In this document: positions 26,910 to 37,674 of the stretch, in pieces
How positions within the stretch are numbered: the first letter of the stretch is position 1
Layout: every line of letters begins with the position of its first letter
From: Sphagnum compactum
Lineage: Eukaryota
DNA length: 64,000 nucleotides
NCBI GenBank assembly: GCA_965153455.1
Contig: OZ234493.1
Coordinates: 30,308,213 to 30,372,212 of the forward strand
Direction: 5' to 3'
Notes under the pieces: model-generated
Seen by the model: the letters and a program-made list of their open reading frames with translations, nothing else
What the model was told of the DNA's origin: nothing
The model's database searches: none
Program-made: the position numbers and the translations under genes

Positions 26910-27434
26910 TGCAATCCGCAACCTCCTCTCTGCCCAAGCTTTCCTTCGACACTTCTCGAGTAATGCCGAGAATGAATTCAAATTCACTCGCCGTCCTACT
27001 CTAGTCTAGACCCCCAGAAAGATTACACTACACCTTCAAGGGATTCCGTTCCAGCTTAAGGACTTTCGGCAATTCAGGTCTTGCGATGTAATCCGCATTG
27101 CAACTTACGATACGCTATTTATCGCAAAGGAGTCTGGGTTTCAAAAATGACTAACGGATGCATTTCCGAAGGCCGTGCAATGCTGTTAGTTTCGCAAAGT
27201 TAGAGAGTTGCGAAGTCTGGGGCTTCGCTAATGTAGGAGGAAGTTAAAGGGTTTAGGGCTTTGGTTTAAGTAACGTATGCAGATGCGAAGAGGGATGCGA
27301 TGGTGGGGGGTTCGCAATGGGTTCGCAAAGTTTTAATTTATTCTGGCTTTATCATTTTGTTGTTTTTTTTGCATATGCCAAAGGGTTTCGAGCAACCAGT
27401 CCTATAGGCATTGTTGAGCCCACATTGGATGCAG
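26910..27434. promoter_or_regulatory. Putative bidirectional promoter / 5' region between the divergent TnpA-like and ZnF-SET/TnpD genes
   Basis: Head-to-head gene arrangement; CpG-containing TGCGA/TCGCA cluster at ~27080-27330; 5'UTR intron GTATGC...ACAG at 27435-27563 on the plus strand. Confidence 0.45.
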
Positions 27435-27568
27435 GTATGCATTTCTTTTTGGTTTAGGTAGTCTCAATTTACGAGTAGTCAAGGGTTTATATTGTTGTAT
27501 CACATGGTTTTTGAAAGTCTAATCTGGTCTTTGCCTTACGTTTGTGCCTTATTAATGTGACAGATGAT

Positions 27569-27799
27569 ATGTCTTCCTCCTCCGTTGTCTCCACTAGTGA
27601 CTCATCCTCCTCAAATGAAGGCACATCAGCTCATACGTAAGCAGAGGTGTCTCATTCTCCTCGTGGTCCACCTCGGCAGCTTTGCCAATGCACCAAGTGT
27701 GTTGGTCAGATTTCACAAAAGTCATATGTTTGTGCTCAACACATTCAGCGATTTGGGCGTCATCGTGGTCTTACCCCAGGAGCTTTTTCATCGCATGTG
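27569..27799 (+). CDS. First coding exon of the CACTA transposase: transposase-associated zinc finger (in-frame TAA at 27638-27640 in this copy)
   Basis: MSSSSVVSTS...AHT*AEVSHSPRGPPRQLCQCTKCVGQISQKSYVCAQHIQRFG fits the CxCxxC...H...G pattern of the CACTA Transpos_assoc domain. Phase-0 donor GTG|GTAAGT at 27799/27800. Confidence 0.7.
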
Positions 27800-27915
27800 G
27801 TAAGTGTCATTTTACCATTGTCATTTTTCCTCTTTGATACATGTTATTTTTCATGAAATCCTCTTTGAAACTATTTTCACTTCCATGGTTTGTTGTGGTT
27901 TTTTGAATGTAATAG

Positions 27916-28716
27916 GGTTCCCGTATGACACCACCACCCTATGTTCTATCACAAGGGGTTTTAGCTGCCATAGGAAATGCACTTTCACATGCATTTGCTG
28001 TAGGGATTGGTACCTCTCATGAGGCCAGTAAGCCACATCATGAGGAAAGGCCACTTGTGCCCTCCATTAGGCAGCGATCCAAAGCACAACGTCCAAGTGA
28101 GGGTCATGCTAGGACTATTGTTGAGGGCAGATGGGGTATGTGTGAGTTCACTGGCAAATGTGCTAATATTATCCAGTCATGGAACCCTGCAGTTCTTGGG
28201 TTGCTTAATAGTTTGCCCTATGATGAGGAGGTTGTGGTTTGGGGTAGACGATGGATTGTTAAGACCTCTACACTCGGAGAGAGACATGGCTATGGAATAT
28301 ATGCTTGTGAGGACATCATTGTAGAGGATTCAGCTAGTTGTCGTAGAGAGGGTCCTACTTTGTTCCCTTATGGTGGGCCTATCTATAAGAGAAAACATTG
28401 GAACATGATCCTCACACAACATCCTGAGTGGAAGACCTTTGCTCTTGAGATGGACACATTTGCTGGTAGCACTAGGAGGCATAGTGATGGGAGGGTGATA
28501 GATGGAGACCCCATACGTTCTGGAAACATTGCTGGTTTCATCAACAGTACGGTGGGGATTCAGCCTAAGCGTAGGGCTAATTGTGAGTGGGTTTTTGTTG
28601 AGGGACCTCCTCCAACACCATATGGCCAGACTTATCATGAAGACCATTGCCTGGTTATAGCTACTAGGACCATCAGATCAGGAGATGAGTTGTTTACACA
28701 CTATGAGTGGAATTAG
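27916..28716 (+). CDS. SET-domain (lysine methyltransferase-like) exon encoded within the CACTA element
   Basis: 263-aa uninterrupted ORF with SET motifs in order: HGYGIYACEDI, FPYGG, VIDGDPIRSGNIAGFINS, NCEW, IATRTIRSGDELFTHY. Phase-0 acceptor TAATAG|GGTTCC at 27915/27916. Confidence 0.85.
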   Translation, partial: GSRMTPPPYVLSQGVLAAIGNALSHAFAVGIGTSHEASKPHHEERPLVPSIRQRSKAQRPSEGHARTIVEGRWGMCEFTGKCANIIQSWNPAVLGLLNSLPYDEEVVVWGRRWIVKTSTLGERHGYGIYACEDIIVEDSASCRREGPTLFPYGGPIYKRKHWNMILTQHPEWKTFALEMDTFAGSTRRHSDGRVIDGDPIRSGNIAGFINSTVGIQPKRRANCEWVFVEGPPPTPYGQTYHEDHCLVIATRTIRSGDELFTHYEWN

Positions 28717-28862
28717 GATTCCACCATTTTTGAACTATGTATTTTGTTTAAGACATAACATACCATATCTATATACATGCATTTTGGCATTTTTTATTTA
28801 TAATGTAATATGTAACTATGCTTGGTATATAGTTAAGATCTTCTGGATTTGGTATTGCATAG

Positions 28863-31800
28863 AATATTCGGCCTTCTGAAGACATGCTGCCACGGAGGTT
28901 GAGAGCAACATATCGGGAAATGGGCATGCCACACAAATCAGACTCTTCATTAACTCATTCTTCATCAAATGACTTGTCTGCTCATGATGAAGGTGTCTCT
29001 CAACCAGTTCAGGAAGCACCACTGCCTGCAAACCAAGAACAAGCGATGGATGACTTCATGGTTGACTGGTTTGGACTTGACATAGTTGATGATATGTTTG
29101 GCAACCCACATGATGAAGGAGCCAATGCAGATGATCCACGTCATCAACATACTGCCCAGGGACAACGGCAGTGGCAAGAGGCGAAGGCACATGTTCAAAC
29201 ACCTATTTTTCAAGGTGCAAGGTTAAGCCGTTTAGCAGCCATACTGGGGTTGTTAAACATCCAAGCAAAACACAAGGCAAGCAATACTATGTTGTTAGAC
29301 ATTTTCCAGTATTGTCATAGCCTCTTGCTGCCTAAGGAAAATGTTTTGCCAGGATCTTGGAAGGAGGCTAAAAAGATCTTATTCTCCATAGGCATGGAGT
29401 ATCAAATTGTCCATGCATGTGTTAATGACTGCATGCTATTTCATGGGAATAATGCCCATTTAACGGAGTGCAGTACATGTGAAGAGGCTCGATATGATCC
29501 TCACATGCTTACAGAGAAGGTGCCCAGGAAATCAATAAGGTGGTTTCCCATTATTCCTCGCTTGTTGCACATGTATCGATGTACAGACTTGGCCAAGTTA
29601 ATGGTTTGGCATAAGAAACATCGATCAGAGCCTGGTGTTATGAGGTTACCGGTTGACTCTCCTGCTCACAAGCATGTGGAGTCAACATGGCCAGAGTTTG
29701 AGCGTGACCCTAGGCATGTGAGGTTGGGGTTAGCATCAGATGGTGTTAGTCCACATTCACTTGGAGGAAAGGGACGACCTACCTCTGTTTGGCCAGTTGT
29801 TGTCATGAATTACAACCTTCCTCCGTGGTTGTCTATGAAAAAAAGATTTTTGCTGCTTTCTCTTATTATCCCAGGGCCAAGTAAGGTGAAAAACCTAGAC
29901 ACCTACTTAGCACTAGTGGTCGATGAGCTCAAAACGCTGTGGGATGGAGTATGGGCATATGATGGGAGGAAGACCACTGGAGGAATACCACGTGTATTCA
30001 AGTTGAGGGCAATCTGCATGTGGACAATGCATGATTATCCTGGTAAGAAATCATGCACATGCCTCTATATATCTTTTTATTATTCTGTTTTGTGATTGTT
30101 TGTTGTTCTAATATTCAGTTCTTCTACAATCAGGGTTTGGTTTTGTAAGTGGGCTGCAAACTCAAGGCTACAATGCCTACTCTACATGTGGCCCAAGTTT
30201 GGAGGACATGGCTAAATACTCAAGCCATCTTCGCAAAATTGTTTACCTTGGCCATACAAAGTTTCTTCCACTGGGACATGATATGAGATCAGACCCACTT
30301 TTATTTTCATCTTTTGACATGCCTTATGGTGATGAGCGTGATATTCCAAAACCTACCACTTTTGCATATTGGAGGGATGTGGCCAATAGAGTTATTGACC
30401 CAAATGATTCTATGGTGTTTGAGGGTAGTGGATTGACAAGGTGGGGTATACTCAACAGCTTGCCCTACTGGGGTGAGTTGAAAATACGTCATCTCTTGGA
30501 CCCCATGCACATTGAGGGAAATGTGGGAAAGGCTATCATAAAACAGCTCTATGGAGAAAAGGACAGTAACTTTAGGGAGGCCTGTGAGGATTTTGAGAGG
30601 CATCCCGATGTGTGGATTATTGTTGATCCTAACACAAGTATTGAGCAGCGACCATCAGCTCCATGGACACTTACTACACAGGAAAGAAAAGACTTTCGAA
30701 ATCGTATAGGAGAGATGCGATTCCCTACAGGTTTGAACTTTGATGGCAAGGGTTGAATTTAGAAATACTCTGTTGCTTTTATTTATATTTAAATCTGTAT
30801 GCCTTATACTGGAAAAAGAGTTTGAAGTATAGAATGTTATCTGTTGGATGTCTAGAATACTTTTGTATAATTTTATGGATCCTTGTTGTAGGTTATGGAG
30901 TTAATCTTCAAAAAGCTTTTGGTAGGGACGATGACCACAAGTGGCCAAGGTATCTCAAGACACATGACTATCATCGTTTACTGCAGCACATATTGCCTGT
31001 GGCAATAATAGGCTTAGCCAGTGCAGAAGTACAAAATGCTCTTTGGTCACTGGGATATCTATTGAGATGGGTATGCTCAAAGGAGTTATTTATAGAGGAG
31101 ATTCCAAGAATGAGGGTAATAGCAGCAGAGGTGGTATGCAAGTTGGAAAAGGCCTTCCCTCCATCATTTTTTGATTGTCAGGTGCATGTACTAGTTCACC
31201 TTGTGGATGAAATAGCCATTGCTGGTCCTGTGCATTGTAGGTGGATGTATTGGCTTGAAAGATATATGGCAGTATTAAAGGGTTATGTCCGTAACCATGC
31301 ACGAGTGGAGGGAAGCATGGCAACAAGACACTTGGCAGCAGAGAGCATGTTTTATTGCACCAACATCTTGGCCACTATAGATCCATCATGTCCTCATGTC
31401 TGGATGGAGGAAAGAGAAGAGGAGGAAGACCGTTTGACTGGTGCCATCAAAACACGTATGTTATTACATACAGAGTTAATTCAGCTGACCACATTCATGT
31501 TGAATAATAGCAATGTCATGGAAGAGTGGAGGAACTTCTATGAGAATGCCAAAAGTATGAGTGGGAGATCAAGGATTTTTCTTACGTTTCATAAATACAT
31601 GAAAGAGAAGTTGGCTGAAGTGGATCAATTGTTGGCACAAGGAGAAAGTATAGCATGTTTTCCAGAGATCACAGATGATGTTTGCACCATTGTTCATGGA
31701 CCACTGAGAGTTGTGACAACACGTTCAGCAATGTGGACACAAGGAAGACATTTCAGGTATTTATTTTTTCTATTTCATTAGGCATATTAACTCATCTTCA

Positions 31801-32393
31801 CATTCCAGACAAGTTTTTTAGAATGTTCTAGGATGATTTTTATGGGCATGAAGTTTCTATTATCATATAAGTTGTTGACTCACAATGCCTAACACAATAT
31901 TAATTTCACGATTTCCAGTTTGGATGAAAAGAGGGGCCGCACCTTTGACTATGGAGTTCAAGGGCAATTCATTCAGGACTCTAGAAGCAGTTGGCATGAC
32001 AGGAATATTGTTCGAGATATTGTGCCACATTATGGAAAGCTGGAAGAGATCTTGGTGGTATCTTATGATGCACATTCAAAGTTTGAAGAGTATGTGTTTA
32101 AGTGCAAGTGGTTTAAAGTGAACCTTGCTGGTGCAAATTGCACTGTAGTTCAGGATGAGTGCGGACACACACGGTTAAAGACATCTGCCACCAGTTATCA
32201 GCCATCTCATTGGCAAACTTCAGAGCCATTTACTTTTCCCAGTCATGTAAAACAATGCTTTTATCTTCCTTATCCCCCAAACCCAGAGGAGTGGTCACTT
32301 GTTGTCACATATGTGCCACGGTCCCGTTCTATTCTAGGTGAGAAACCAGAGGTTGTGTTTACAACCTCTGAGGTGGATGATGACCACGTATAA
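28863..32393 (+). CDS. CACTA TnpD/Tnp2 transposase (Transposase_21, DUF4218 and DUF4216-like regions), catalytic exons
   Basis: Exons 28863-30042, 30134-30730, 30892-31756 and ~31919-32393, spliced in frame. Motifs HACVNDCMLF, RLGLASDGVSP, WPVVVMNYNLPPW, HDYPG, DPMHIEGN, LKTHDYH, FPPSFFD, GPVHCRWMYWLERY, FKCKWF, EPF.FPSHVKQCFY. Confidence 0.95.
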
Positions 32394-33154
32394 TGTACTA
32401 CTCATTATTTTTATGCAAATTGCCATTGAGGCTTGTGGTTCTATATTACTGCACAATGTTCATTGTGTTATTTTCTACCTATTCTGCTCCATTGTGTAAT
32501 TTTATTTTTAAGAATAGGAGCACTGCTATGCGTACTTTACTGATATTTTCACTTAGTTTGCCAAGGCAAAATAGATTATAATAATGGTTAAGTGGATTTA
32601 TAGCTTCCATTTGGTTTAAAAGATTTTTTATTTTTTTTATGGCATTTTGGGAATCAGATGACATTGCGAAACCTTTTGCGAAACTTCCTTCTCCAGTAAC
32701 CCTTTCACTAATTTGCGAGCTAACGCACATCGCAACTTGCGATACGTACACCATCGGAAAGTTTTGTAAAAATTTGTGATGAGGTTTGCGATACATATTC
32801 AAACGCAAAATGCGAGGCGCTGAATAACGCAAGCTTGCGATGTCTTGTGATTCTCAAAATTTGTAGCGATTTTTTGTGTATTGTAAAATGTGCGATGTTT
32901 TGAGTATGATTAAACGTTGCGAAGTGTGGAATATCGCTAGGGTGGACGGAGACTAAGCGGGTCGCAAAGTTTTGTTTGTGGTATATGTCGCAAAAGTGTT
33001 GCGATGAAATAAGGTACATTATAAATTAGCGATGGGTGGTGCTGCACAAGTTGCGATGCGTGTCGCATCGCAAATATGGCAGGTTGTTTTTGCTTCGCAA
33101 ACCCTTCAGGTTTTTTGTTTGGCCCTTCGCAAAAAGGCACAATATGTAGTAGTG

Positions 33155-36100
33155 AAGGGCGAGGTTAAGGCCCACTAAGATAGTCGTTCCTGCACACCAA
33201 CGTTGAAAATGTCCTAGTTGTAAACCTAGATTCCAAAAAACAACTCCATTCCATTTTTCAACTCCATTCCATTTTTCAACTCCACTCCCTTCTCATACCT
33301 ATCACATTGTGTTTCACTCAATTGATGCACTTGCAACAACACAATTTGAGGTGGCAATTCTAGATATTGGATCCAAGCTTTTATTTATTTTTGCTTCCTA
33401 ACACCATGACCTTTCCCCAAACCGCATAAATTCAATGTTACCATTGTTAGGGCCTTGTCGAGGGCGGTTATTAAACCGATCGACCCCCCTTCATTAATAA
33501 CTACCAACTTAACTTGCCTTTGCCTTCGATTAGATTGAGGTGAAGAAAAGCTGCCACTAGTAACTATTATTGCATCTTTATTTGATTGTATATCCACAAC
33601 AACTACCACCCCTCATTGGAAGTTACTATAGGAACTTAATTGTCCTACAACAAAACACCCATGACTGAATGCGAGCCGTTTCCTTCATTGATGTCTTCTT
33701 TTTCGTCCTACATTTAGATTTTTGAACCTTCCAATTAGTAAGATTAGTTGAACATAAGCTTGGGATTGTGAAGTAGTCTTCACCATTTGAGGTGGTTTGA
33801 GTTGTAATATCTTGAAGTGGAGGCTACTCCTCATTTGCCCACTTCACTAGACTTTTCCTTTTTTGAGTTACTAATAATATCAAATTTGGAGCATGTGTTT
33901 TTTTTGAGCTCCAACCTTTGTCAGCACCTAATTTTGAATGGCAACTATGGATGAAGTAGTGGTAGTCTTATTAATAGTTTGAGTATTGCCACTTGGGCCA
34001 CCACCTTAAAGTTGGTGATTCCCTCCATTGACCTGAGTTTGATGATTCCTTGTATTGACTGGCAAATCCCTGCATTAGTTGCTACTTAATTCTAGTACAA
34101 TAGTTGACAAAACCCTAGCACCCACATTATGCATAGGCAAAATCTGAGTGCCCCATTAGTTACATTAATCAAACCACCACCTTGAGGTTGATGATTCTCT
34201 AAATGATCTTGATTCTGTCTTGCTTTACTTGTTATATCATGTGTTTTTCCTATGTAGAAGTAACATGAAAAACCTACGCAATCCAAATAAGAGATGGCAA
34301 AACCCAAACACTTGCTTCATGAATAAGCAAAATTATAACACTTTTAATATGGGTTGACAAACGTGAACACCCACATGTGGTTGATCTTGTCGATTCTATT
34401 GTGTAACTAGTGTTTTGCCACCATTATGATCTGAAATCGACCCCCTCTTGAATCTTGCGACCTTATCATTCCAAGTTGGCAGTTGCGAAACATTTATGTT
34501 TGCCAATTCATGTAGCGACACTTTTTGAATTTGACAAGTTCTGGCAAAATGTCCAAACTTCCTACACTTTCAACACTAATCAGGCAGCCCCAAGTAAATG
34601 ATCTATTGAGAATATGTTGCATCAATTAGATCTTTAATATCCAAGGATGGCAAACGAATGCTCCCTGGATTGCTCCTTGGGAGTTGTGTGATATGAGACA
34701 CTTCTACTGTCACCATGGGCCATGTTTGCTACTTGATGTATGAATTTGGTTTTTCAACTTCAAGAACTTCCTCAATCATCCGAACAAGCAATGTCGAATT
34801 TTCAACGTTGCAAAATTGAAAATTGAGGTCAGGAAATTGAACCTTGATAACATGTGATAACATCTGTTTCACGCCTTGAGCCATAGTGTTGGAATGAGTT
34901 CGCCATTGTGATAAGCTAAATGTCATCCCATTTCATTCCAGCACGAATAATTTCCTAGTGATAATGGCCCTGACATCTTCTGTGAATGAAATATCAAAGA
35001 ATCCTTTTCTGAGCAATGTAATTAATTTGTATGAAACATGGAGATGTATTTGCATATAATCACGTATTGGCTTTTGAGATGATTTACACCCAATGCACCT
35101 ATCAAAAACTAGTTCGCAACCCCAATTTACTTTTGTTTCCTTGCTTGCATGAATACATAACTATGTGTACTTGTGCACAAGTTCCCATGCCAAATTAATT
35201 GGCGATGAACCTTGGAGATCCCTAGGTGACGAAGGTTTGAATCCTAGTTCTTTGCTTGTAGTTTCTTGGCCTGCTACATATGGTGTATTGGCAACATGAT
35301 CCTTGGTTCTTCTGCTTTGGCGAAGCTTGGTAGAGTAGTCACATGTGACCTTGTTGCATTATCCCCTTTAGGACGAGGTGTGGATATTTTGAAAGCTGCT
35401 CCTTCTCCACTAGTTAGGTTCGACATCACAGTGTCCTCTTTAGTCATAACCATGTTTAATTTTTGAATTTTTGAGCAAGAAAAGAGATGATGATTAAACA
35501 TAGTTGCCTTAGTCTTGTTGGAATTTTGATTAGATAATTCAAGAATATAAGGACTTGGCTGTTCCATAGATTAATACATCGTGGTAGCAATAATGTAAAA
35601 AGCTGGATCTTGATGCAATTGTGAAGGATTGACAATACAAGTGTTCCCTATCGTTAATGCATGTGAAGAATTTGCAATAGATCCAATCAAAGAAACATTT
35701 AGTACATTTACATCAACATTGACCTTCTTAGGAAAGGTAATTGGAGACAAAAACCCGTGAAATCACTACATATGCAAGATCCTAAGGCCTCCATTGCCTC
35801 CATGGATGCTACCCCTAGACTTTCCTAATCTTGTACACCCCCTCCCCCTTGAGAAAATGCTCTGAAGATCGATATCCCAACACCATTTTAGCCTTTACTT
35901 ACTAGGTTAGTGTGACTAATAAGATTCGCCATCCCAACGTTCCTGTTAGTTACACTCCTCATCTTGCTTTCTAGCAAGAAATATTTAACATTGGGATTTT
36001 CGCACATAATCAAAGTTAGAAAGAGATCTCGGATCCTCCATAGCCACACACAACAAATCAACAACTAAGAAACCTCATCGAAACACAAAAACACAAACCC
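33155..36100 (-). mobile_element. Degenerate LINE, 5' part (ORF1 with zinc knuckle and endonuclease N-terminus)
   Basis: GLPD*C*KCRKFGHFARTC (CCHC knuckle) at ~34530-34590; RWCAGTTILVGLNLAL at 33155-33200 continues in frame into 11254 and below. The 5' boundary is approximate. Confidence 0.7.
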
Positions 36101-36907
36101 TTGCCCCAATCGTGAAGCTCTAGCATCAAGGTATGCACTTTTCTCCATCCAATTTTGCAAATTTACAAAAAATACTTAGGACAAACAAAGAAAAGACGAT
36201 AGAGTTGGGTGTGGAAACTTTGCACTCATCAAGGGTTTGGAGCAAAGTTGTCTTGAAATAGTGATGTTGTAGCATCATCACATCAAAGTTGTTGTCAAGG
36301 CAAATTGTTGTGTGTGAAACTTGCTACGAATGTCAAATTTTCTATGGGTGTTGAAGAAGCTACATCATTATGTAAAACTTGCTACTAGAAATGAATGAAA
36401 CTTGATGTGTTGGCAATGGTGACAAGCATAAGGCCAATGGATCGATAGGAGCAAGAGTGAATTGGTGAGCTTACCCAATAGAACAATGAGCAATGACATT
36501 TGTAGTAATGGCAATGAGCAATGAGCAATAAACTTTAAATTTTGTTTCCCCATGCTACCGCCTGGGCTGGGGTATCACAAGAAAAATTAAAATAAAAATT
36601 ACCCTATAAATTTTCCCTTTTTCCTAAAGAGAAAACACTGAGGGCAGGGCAGGGCAGGGCAGGGCAAGCTTGAGGGGACATCATAGGTGTGGATGAACAG
36701 TTCTCATCCTCATCCACGAGCATCATCTTCTTCTTGCGGATCCTTCAGACATAACAAACGCTTTGGGTGTTTTAGGGTTTGAAGCTCTGGCTTTGGTTTT
36801 CGGTTTTGTGTTTTGTTTCTGGTGGTTTTGGGCGTGTTGTTAGTTTTCGCGAAGTGGGAGCGCACTCTGAGCTGTTTTGTCTGTAATTTTCAAGCTTTTC
36901 TTCTGCT

Positions 36908-36908
36908 T

Positions 36909-36943
<35 letters not shown>

Positions 36944-36960
36944 TCTTCTTCTTCTTCTTC
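36908..36960 (+). repeat. (CTA)n(CTT)n microsatellite in the 5' region of the SP1-like gene
   Basis: Direct reading of the sequence. Confidence 0.9.
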
Positions 36961-37674
36961 GTCTTCTGATTTTTTGGCTCAGCTTATTGTTGTTGTCTGT
37001 AGAGTAGCTTACCTATTAGGGTTGAAAGCCGAAGGCGTCGGATTTTGCGTAATATTGCATAGCAAACCATTTTCTGTTATTTGAAAATAAACTTGTGTTC
37101 TCCTCTCCGATTTCCGAATTGAAACAGGGATCACTTCTGAAAGAAAAAGGAGAGAGAGGGTTTGTTGTGTTTGGGGTTTCCTGTTGTTTTCTGTTTTGGA
37201 ATAGAGACCCCTTTTTTCTGAGTGGATCGGTCTTTTTTTCGAAATTCTGGTAGAAATCCGCACACCCTTTTCCAGGATTTGCTCAGACTTTTTCTTTGGA
37301 TTTCAGGTGGACACGAAGATCGGAACAGGCCTGGTGGAAATTGTCTCAGAAAAGGAGGAAGGAAAAGGAATGCAAACAGGGTTTTGTTTAAGATTGGTCT
37401 GGATACAGATCGTTCTTGGACCGATTTGGAGAAGGGAGGCCTACTTATGATGAGAAGGATTTTGCGGTTTACAATCCAAAGAGGTGAGAATTGGAACATG
37501 GAGATTGCTGTTGTTGATATGAAGAAGATTAGGGTTCTGGTGGAGCATTTGGAATTAGACGAGAATCAAGAGATAAGATCCTGAGGTATGTGAACAATTA
37601 GAGGTAGAAGAGATTTGGTTGCAGATTGAAAGGGGAGAGAGCGAGGTAGGGGGAAGAAATTAGAGCTCTAGGAG

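Larger units (their letters stand above)
11258..33154 (+). mobile_element. Large CACTA/En-Spm DNA transposon (~21.9 kb) with TnpA-like gene, SET exon, TnpD transposase and 12.3 kb cargo
   Basis: Left end CACTACAACAACAAGGGGCTATTTTGCGA at 11258. Right end TTCGCAAAAAGGCACAATATGTAGTAGTG ends at 33154 (reverse complement CACTACTACA; 9/10 identical to the left end). 3-bp TSD AAG at 11255-11257 and 33155-33157. TTGCGA/TCGCAA subterminal repeats at both ends. Removing the element and one TSD copy restores an in-frame LINE endonuclease peptide. Confidence 0.92.

Noticed and set aside
36813-37007. Poly-leucine ORF
   Set aside because: Translation of a CTA/CTT microsatellite.
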